DNA of 64,000 nt from an uncultured Acidobacteriota bacterium (GTDB lineage: Bacteria > Acidobacteriota > UBA6911), in NCBI GenBank assembly GCA_963827655.1, contig CAWHCF010000020.1, positions 280,336 through 344,335 on the forward strand. Direction: 5' to 3'. The notes below the pieces were generated by a model. That model made no database searches, was not told the origin of the DNA, and saw only the letters and a program-made list of their open reading frames with translations. The translations under genes and the position numbers were made by a program. Each line of letters starts with the position of its first letter. Position 1 is the first letter of the stretch. Positions 57,673-64,000 of this stretch are shown here, in pieces.

Positions 57673-57865
57673 CTAGTCGATTGTCGTTCCGCCGGCAAGC
57701 CTTTTGATCAGGGGAAGCTTCGTGACTGGGACTTCGGCGAAACCAATTCTCAACTTCCCGCGCTCCACGCATTTCTTCAACTTCGCCTGATCGGCTGGCG
57801 ACAAGGACAGCATTATCGTTTCTTCAGTTACTGATCATCTCACCAGGCTTCTTCGGTTCAGCCAT
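57673..57865 (-). CDS. Putative RiPP precursor peptide, about 63 aa (apparent indel near 57835); absent from ORF track
   Basis: GAAGGGA RBS then MAEPKKPGE..., continuing in another frame VTEETIMLSLSPADQAKLKKCVERGKLRIGFAEVPVTKLPLIKRLAGGTTID*. The intact sub-ORF 57813-57673 is 46 aa. Confidence 0.75.
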
Positions 57866-58034
57866 TTTTCTATCCCTTCTGACTTGAATTTGGAAAAAAC
57901 AGCGGTTTCATGCCATCGATTGGAGAGGGTGGTTAAAGAAAAATCCCTGCTTTGGGGGGAGAAAGGATTTGCCCAACCTTGAAATCCTGGGCACCTGCCC
58001 GATTCGAGGCATAGTACATCGTCGGTCAAAAGTG

Positions 58035-59207
58035 TCAAACAAAAATCCTTCTACCCCGGCATTCAAGCTTGAACGTGAGTGTCCCGGGCCTGGTTCTGAG
58101 GGGTCCGTCAGCTCTGTGAATACAGTGCCGTCGGAAGGCTACCGCGGGAACGGGAACAGCCCGTTGACTGTCTCGAGACGCAGATCCGCGCCCGTTTGCC
58201 GCTTTCCTGAGCCAGGACAGGTCTTTGCCGATCAGGAGCTCCGTCATTTTGGCGTGGTGAGTGTTCTTCATCGCAATCGCCTGGGTTTCAAAATTGAACC
58301 TTGAGGCGAGCGTTGCGATTTCACTGGTGTTGTCATAGGTCAGCAGGATGTCGCCCCTGACATTTGCCAGGAGTGCGAAGAGGCTTGGATGATCAACCTG
58401 CCAGTGCGAGTACAGGCGCTTGGATGCAACCGTATATGGCGGGTCGATAAAGAAGGCTGCGGTCTCGTCATCAGCGTATCGTCGAATGACTTCGAAGGCG
58501 TCTCCTTCGATAAAGGAGAACCGTTCACGAACGCTGGCGATTTCCCGAATCCGTCGTGCCAGGGTCTCCGGATACCAGCGGGAACTGAGTCCGCGCCCGT
58601 TCTCGCCCGCCTTCACCAGTCCAGCCCCTTCCGCCATGATTCCACCTCTTTGGACACGGTTTCTGAGGATGACGGTAAAGGCGCGCTCACGCTGGGTCAC
58701 GGGCTCTTTGCGCAAAATGGCTGTGACGTTTTCTCGCGTTAACTCAAAATTCAGGATTCTGTCTTCAAGCCACTTTGCCTGGCCGCCGAATATGGTGTGC
58801 CAGACTGCGCCGACATTCGTATCGCGTTCGACTAGCACAGCGTGTTCCGCGAGACCTTCAAAACCGGCGGTCAGTGCGATGACTCCACCGCCGGCAAATG
58901 GTTCGACCAGAATGCCGACACGAGCTGGCCTATGGGTGAGCCAGGAACGGACATAGGGAACCAGCCACGTCTTGCCTCCCGGATAGCGGAAGGGCGAGCG
59001 TTGCGGGACGGAAGCGACGTTGACAGGTTTGCTGATCTCGACATCCTCCGCGGTTCGGTAAGCAACTGCTGGGTCATGTAGCTCGGATTTCTGGTCGAGT
59101 TCGTGGGCGTAGTTCAGGACAGTCCGCGCAAGAGTTTTGGGAACCCGAATTACCGTGGTATTGCCCAGCTTCCACTTGGGCCGAAATGTAGTTGCTGATC
59201 GAGCCAT
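58035..59207 (-). CDS. Dam/D12-class N6-adenine DNA methyltransferase with N-terminal extension (true stop may be earlier)
   Basis: SPFRYPGGKTW, VEPFAGGG, FFIDPPY and ELLI. Confidence 0.9.
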   Translation of the reverse strand: MARSATTFRPKWKLGNTTVIRVPKTLARTVLNYAHELDQKSELHDPAVAYRTAEDVEISKPVNVASVPQRSPFRYPGGKTWLVPYVRSWLTHRPARVGILVEPFAGGGVIALTAGFEGLAEHAVLVERDTNVGAVWHTIFGGQAKWLEDRILNFELTRENVTAILRKEPVTQRERAFTVILRNRVQRGGIMAEGAGLVKAGENGRGLSSRWYPETLARRIREIASVRERFSFIEGDAFEVIRRYADDETAAFFIDPPYTVASKRLYSHWQVDHPSLFALLANVRGDILLTYDNTSEIATLASRFNFETQAIAMKNTHHAKMTELLIGKDLSWLRKAANGRGSASRDSQRAVPVPAVAFRRHCIHRADGPLRTRPGTLTFKLECRGRRIFV

Positions 59208-59407
59208 GGAGAACCCTTGTAACAGGGGTGGGATTTCGTGGCAAGAAATTTGTTACATGGGTACGATTTCCAAATAGGCGTTAGCTGCCACCAGGTAGCG
59301 AGCAACCTGCATACCGCCCGAAGACTGGCGAAGCAAGCTTCCCCAAACCGAGGCGTAGTAAGCTCTGAGCCTTACACGTAAGTCGGCGCCGACCTGATTG
59401 TTTGATA

Positions 59408-59492
59408 TGTGTCGCGCCTTCGGCGCTCATCAGAACCGGTAACTGATAGCGGCCTTACGGCGGGCCTATTCCCTGTTGGGCCTAACGGGCCC
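59408..59492. repeat. Partial copy 3 of the composite REP-like element
   Basis: TGTGTCGCGCCTTCGGCGCTC and GGCCTTACGGC match the reverse complement of parts of 3110-3220. Confidence 0.6.
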
Positions 59493-59527
59493 AGAGGAAG
59501 CGAGATGAAGAACGGAGTTTGGGCTTC

Positions 59528-61003
59528 TTACCGGGCGCTGTTAGGCGAGGCGAAACAGCTGAGTGCGCCTTGAGTGCGAATGTAGAGACGCCCGTCGGCG
59601 ATTGCCGGTGTGGCATAGACTTCCTCTCCCAGCTCATTTACTGCCAGGATCTCCCACTCACTACCGGCTTTCACCACTGACATGGTTCCCCCTTGACCGA
59701 TCAAGTACACCTTGCCGTCCGCCGCAACCGGTGAAGCGAAGTATTTGTCGATCGCGCCCTTCAGCCTTCCCTGCTTGATCACATTGCCCGTTCCGGGATC
59801 GAACGAAATCAGAATCCCGCTGTCGTTGACCATATAGAGGACGCCCTCATAAAACAACGTAGAAGGAACTTGAGGGACTGGTCTTTGATAGCGCCAGAGG
59901 ACACTGGTCTCGGTCATGTCGCCCTGGCCACCCAGTCTGATCGCGAGCAGACCGTTTTCCGACGCCATCATGGCTCGATATATCCCCCAATCCCGCGCAT
60001 TCAACTTGCCGTCGCGGTCAAGATCGAAAGTGCCGAAGTAAGCGTCTTTCTTCAGACGCCCCTCAGGCGCTTCCGACTTCGAGATGGCCCCGTCCTTGTC
60101 GGTATCGTAGCCGGCGAGCATTTCATCGAAAGATGCCACGGCGATCTGCTTGCCGGGCTGATTCTCCGCGAAACCCCAACCGTTGATGTAAATCGTATCG
60201 CCGTCGAGCGTGGCGATGGATTTCATTTCGCAAGCCAACCCGCGTACCCACCAGAGCCGCATGCCATCTTTGACCGAATACGCTGAAAGTCGAAAGGACT
60301 CTGGGATGATGATCTGCTTGGGCCCGGTTCTGGGCTGATAAACGATGGGCGTCGAGTAGCCGGAAATCACGTCCGGCCGATCAACCTTCCACCGCACGCG
60401 TCCGGTTTTTTGTTCCACGGCAATCAAGAACGAGTTCGTGTCTTGATCGCAAGGCAGCACGGCCAGGTCATCTACCAGAATTGGCGAAGCTCCGAAACCA
60501 TATTGCACGTTGAAGGGGCCGAGCGGCAGGCGCCAGCGCTCCCGCCCATCCGGCGCGTAGGAAAGCAATCCGAAATCTTGAAAGAAGACGTAGGCGTTTT
60601 CTCCGTCAGTGACCGGACTGGGGGAAGCCGGATTGTTTGGCTTGAGCAGGCGATCCAAGCGGTTTCTGGGCGCTTCACGCCGCCAGAGTATCCGGCCCGT
60701 CTTGCGGTCCAGACAGAGAGTCAGAAGGGTTTCGCCTTCGAAGGCCGTGACAAAAATGCGATCCCGGGTCAGCACCGGAGAAGAATGGCCGGGAGGGAGC
60801 GAGGTCTTCCACACCAGGTTACGCTCGGGACCGAGTTCGATGGGCAGATTCCTGGCGCTGGAAATGCCCGTTCCGTTCGGCCCGCGAAATTGCGACCAAT
60901 CGTCCTCCGCCGTTGCCGTCTGTCCAAGGCAGACAAGCAACCAGACGACTATGAAACACGGAAGCTGTGCAAGGTGTCGTTTCGACACGTCCCCTCCTGT
61001 CAT
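59528..61003 (-). CDS. PQQ-binding-like beta-propeller protein with EF-hand-like insert
   Basis: DWSQFRGPNGTG, GHSSPV, ASPSPVTDG, DTDKDGAIS/DLDRDGKLN and YATPAIADGRLYIRT. Confidence 0.9.
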   Translation of the reverse strand: MTGGDVSKRHLAQLPCFIVVWLLVCLGQTATAEDDWSQFRGPNGTGISSARNLPIELGPERNLVWKTSLPPGHSSPVLTRDRIFVTAFEGETLLTLCLDRKTGRILWRREAPRNRLDRLLKPNNPASPSPVTDGENAYVFFQDFGLLSYAPDGRERWRLPLGPFNVQYGFGASPILVDDLAVLPCDQDTNSFLIAVEQKTGRVRWKVDRPDVISGYSTPIVYQPRTGPKQIIIPESFRLSAYSVKDGMRLWWVRGLACEMKSIATLDGDTIYINGWGFAENQPGKQIAVASFDEMLAGYDTDKDGAISKSEAPEGRLKKDAYFGTFDLDRDGKLNARDWGIYRAMMASENGLLAIRLGGQGDMTETSVLWRYQRPVPQVPSTLFYEGVLYMVNDSGILISFDPGTGNVIKQGRLKGAIDKYFASPVAADGKVYLIGQGGTMSVVKAGSEWEILAVNELGEEVYATPAIADGRLYIRTQGALSCFASPNSAR

Positions 61004-61155
61004 TTCTCAGCGTCTTCGTGGTTAATTCTACGCAGAGATGTATAATCTCCTTCAGACAGCGCCGCAATCGGAAATCTGGGTTTGAGCGAGGTTTGCTCAC
61101 GACAATGGGGATACGCAGGCGAACTGTGAACCTGATAGAAGATCGGAGGTATTCT

Positions 61156-64000
61156 GTGCGAGTTAGCAGGCCTTGGTTGGTGTTGGCTCTAGCGTTTGCT
61201 TTCGTACCGGTGATTCCTGGTCAGACTGTTTCCACGGAAATCCTGGGACTGGTCAGTGATCCGACCGGGGCCGTGATCCCAGGCGCCACCGTGACGGTCC
61301 GCCGCGTGGCTACCGGAGATGTGCGCACCGCAATGACCAACGAAACGGGCAACTACATCTTCCCTCTACTCGAGATCGGTGAGTACGAAGTTACCTGCTC
61401 GGCCACGGGATTCAAGACCGAGCTGCGTCGCGGCATCGTGCTCCAGCTGAATCAGAAGGCCCGCCTCGATTTCAAGCTGCAGGTAGGCAATCAGGTAGAA
61501 ACTGTGGAGGTGCGCGCGGCGGCTCCGTTGCTGCGAACCGAAGACGCAACCCTGGGATCGGTCATCGAGCAGAAACGCATGGTGGAGCTGCCGCTCAACG
61601 GACGCAATTTCGGGCAGTTGGCGACGCTGATGCCCGGCGTAGTTTACGGCACCTCTCGCATGGGGATCGATGGGCAACAGACGATTGGGACGCGAGCCAT
61701 GCCGGGGCAGATTGTCGGGCTTTCAGCCAACGGCCAGCGAGACACCAATCAGAACATTACCCTCGACGGCGTAGCCGCGGTGGATGGCTTCAAGAGCGCG
61801 ATGCTCTTTGCGCCTTCGATCGAGGCGGTGGAAGAATTCAAGATCCAGAGCGCAATCTACTCGGCCGAGTACGGAATGAACTCCGGAGCTCAGGCGAATG
61901 TGGTGGTCAAATCCGGAACGAACGAATTTCACGGCGCCCTGTTTGAGTTCCTTCGCAACGACATCTTCGACGCGCGCGGGTTCTTCCTGCCGCCGGGGGC
62001 CGAGAAGAACCGCCTGCGGCGCAACCAGTTCGGTGGCGTGGCTTCGGGTCCAATCCTGAGGGACAAGACCTTCTGGCTGGCCAACTATGAGGGGCGGCGA
62101 GAGAACCGCGGCACTCCGGCGAGACAGGCAGTGCCGACGCTGGCCATGCGCGCCGGTGATTTCTCCGAAATTCTTCAACCCGGAAACCGCTGGTATCCGA
62201 CCGATGCCAATCCCGCGGTGACCCGCGCTATCCGCTTTCCGGGCAGCAGCGAGCCGTTCCCCAATAACATTATTCCTCCGAGCTTGATTAATCCGGCTTC
62301 CGCCAAGATTCTCACGTACCAGAAGACGAGCCCGTTCCCTGAGGGCGGATTCATACCGTTTCCGAACATCGACGAGCAAGCGCGGGCGGCCAGAAGTACG
62401 CTGAATCAGGCGGGTACCAACGATCAGATCCTTAACAGCGATCAATACCTCGGCCGCGTAGATCACCGATTGGGCAACAACGATCGCCTGTTCGGCCGCT
62501 ACGTCATCGTCGAATCCGCCTGGACCAATAATCCGCTGCAGAGGGTCAATCAGTTTGTCACGGATTTTCGCGCGCAGAACCTGGGAATTGGTTATACCAA
62601 AATCCTCGGCGGCACCATGCTGAACGAGGCGCGATTCGGAATGAACCGCATCCGCGCCAACCAGCTCGCCCTCCAGACCGATACTGACTTTACCCACCGC
62701 GATCTCGGGTTGGACTTCCGGGTCGTGGGCGACAACAACCGCCAGCTCACGCCGCGCGAAGAAGGCGTGCCTAACATCAGTATCACGGGTTTTTCGGGGA
62801 CCGGTTCCGGCAATGTCACCTTTAACGTGAACGAAACCTTTAGCGGCTCCGATAACATGGTCATCAACCGGGGCCGGCACAACTTCAAGTTTGGCGCCGA
62901 ATACCGCAGGGACAGGGTAAGCAACGAGGCCAGTAACCTGCCTCGGGGGCAACTCACCTTCACCCGGGATATCGTGGGCATTCCGGATGCTTTCGCTGCT
63001 TTCCTGTTGGGATTTCAACTCAGCGCCAACTCGGCGGAAGGCGCGCCGCCGCAGTTACTGCGCCAGCAGAAGTGGGGATTGTACTGGCTTGACGACTTCA
63101 AGGCGACGCCGAAACTGACGGTCAACTTCGGCGTTCGATGGGACTGGTATGGAACCGTCACAGACCCAACCGGAAAGCTCCGGAATCTATCCTTTGTGCC
63201 CGGCGAGGCGCAGACCATCAATGGAGTTGTCGTACCCATGCTGGTGCCGGACCCCTACGTCACAGAAAAGCTGTATGACCTCAACTGGAAACAGATCATG
63301 CCGCGGCTGGGAATTGCTTACCGGCTGAGCGACACGATGGTGCTTCGAACCGGAGCAGGGCACTTCTACAGCCCGCAGCAGACCAACAACTTCAACATCC
63401 TGGCATTGAATCCACCTTTCTCGGGCTCGACCGTGTTTCAGAACGACCAGAATCGTCCCACGGCGACGATCGACAATCCGTTTGCCGGCGCCCCGGCTGG
63501 CGCCGGACCTGCGGCGCTCGTGATGCTGGGCAATCTCCAGGCGGACCGGGCCAACCGTTCGCTCTACCTCAACAACGATATCTGGCAGTGGAGCTTAGAG
63601 ATCGAAAAGAGCTTCGCCAACGATTTCGTCGCCGGGATTGCCTATGTCGGCAGCCAGGCCTCGAATATCGACATGCCGGTCCAGAATTCCAACAACCCCG
63701 ACCCGGGACTGGGAACCGTGCAGAACCGGCGCCCCTACCCGTTTTACGTGGATTCCCGCGAGCCGGGTCGACCATTGGCGCTCGGCACCGTGCGCCGCCT
63801 GGAATCGTGGACCAGCGCCAATTACAATGCGCTGCAGTTGCGAGCCGAGCGGCGGTATTCCAAGGGTCTCACTTTCGGTGGGTCCTTCAATTTCCAGAAA
63901 GCCCTTTCGATCGGCTACAGCGTCAACGAGGGCCCGCCCTACGGCCGTAACTATACTCAGGATCCCCGGGACCGCGAGGCCGATCGGGGCCGGTCTTACA
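61156..64000 (+). CDS. TonB-dependent receptor, Oar-like (3'-truncated; absent from ORF track)
   Basis: GGAGG RBS and GTG start; GLVSDPTGAVIPGATV, ELPLNGRNF, YSAEYG, KSGTNEFHG, NQFGG and DDFKATPKLTVNFGVRW. Frame appears open to the window end. Confidence 0.92.
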   Translation, partial: MRVSRPWLVLALAFAFVPVIPGQTVSTEILGLVSDPTGAVIPGATVTVRRVATGDVRTAMTNETGNYIFPLLEIGEYEVTCSATGFKTELRRGIVLQLNQKARLDFKLQVGNQVETVEVRAAAPLLRTEDATLGSVIEQKRMVELPLNGRNFGQLATLMPGVVYGTSRMGIDGQQTIGTRAMPGQIVGLSANGQRDTNQNITLDGVAAVDGFKSAMLFAPSIEAVEEFKIQSAIYSAEYGMNSGAQANVVVKSGTNEFHGALFEFLRNDIFDARGFFLPPGAEKNRLRRNQFGGVASGPILRDKTFWLANYEGRRENRGTPARQAVPTLAMRAGDFSEILQPGNRWYPTDANPAVTRAIRFPGSSEPFPNNIIPPSLINPASAKILTYQKTSPFPEGGFIPFPNIDEQARAARSTLNQAGTNDQILNSDQYLGRVDHRLGNNDRLFGRYVIVESAWTNNPLQRVNQFVTDFRAQNLGIGYTKILGGTMLNEARFGMNRIRANQLALQTDTDFTHRDLGLDFRVVGDNNRQLTPREEGVPNISITGFSGTGSGNVTFNVNETFSGSDNMVINRGRHNFKFGAEYRRDRVSNEASNLPRGQLTFTRDIVGIPDAFAAFLLGFQLSANSAEGAPPQLLRQQKWGLYWLDDFKATPKLTVNFGVRWDWYGTVTDPTGKLRNLSFVPGEAQTINGVVVPMLVPDPYVTEKLYDLNWKQIMPRLGIAYRLSDTMVLRTGAGHFYSPQQTNNFNILALNPPFSGSTVFQNDQNRPTATIDNPFAGAPAGAGPAALVMLGNLQADRANRSLYLNNDIWQWSLEIEKSFANDFVAGIAYVGSQASNIDMPVQNSNNPDPGLGTVQNRRPYPFYVDSREPGRPLALGTVRRLESWTSANYNALQLRAERRYSKGLTFGGSFNFQKALSIGYSVNEGPPYGRNYTQDPRDREADRGRSY

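Noticed and set aside
57902-57915. Sigma54-like TGGCAT...GC upstream of the precursor
   Set aside because: GG-to-GC spacing is 9 nt rather than the required 10.

Overview
GC-rich bacterial window that looks acidobacterial: three Oar-type TonB-dependent receptors, CRTAC1/ASPIC, sulfatase-TPR and CehA/McbA-type PHP hydrolases. It carries about 20 single-base frameshifts, often at short homopolymers, which most likely reflect long-read consensus errors. Most content is accessory catabolism and transport: a TBDR/LacI glycan-utilisation-like locus, SulP, a GH2 fusion, an SSS transporter, threonine aldolase with Tm-1-like/PEP-hydrolase/Dabb genes, cysDN, two TA modules and an orphan Dam-type methylase. 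Three items stand out. (1) A RiPP-like operon at 57865->51851 (minus strand): an unannotated precursor ending ...AGGTTID, a DUF692/MNIO, an RRE-type partner, a SAM methyltransferase and two glycosyltransferases, with a third one converging. It resembles the aminopyruvatide (apy) system but has a non-aromatic Thr-Thr core and glycosyltransferases in place of the P450 and radical SAM enzymes. (2) A Tat-signal protein (21395->20385) whose reconstructed frame has an in-frame TGA followed exactly 11 nt later by a 17-nt hairpin with the geometry of the E. coli fdhF SECIS, making it a candidate new selenoprotein. (3) A 232-bp MITE with 30-bp TIRs and a TAA duplication that splits a brnT toxin gene. 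Several intergenic REP-like repeat families are also present. No rRNA, tRNA or CRISPR array was seen.
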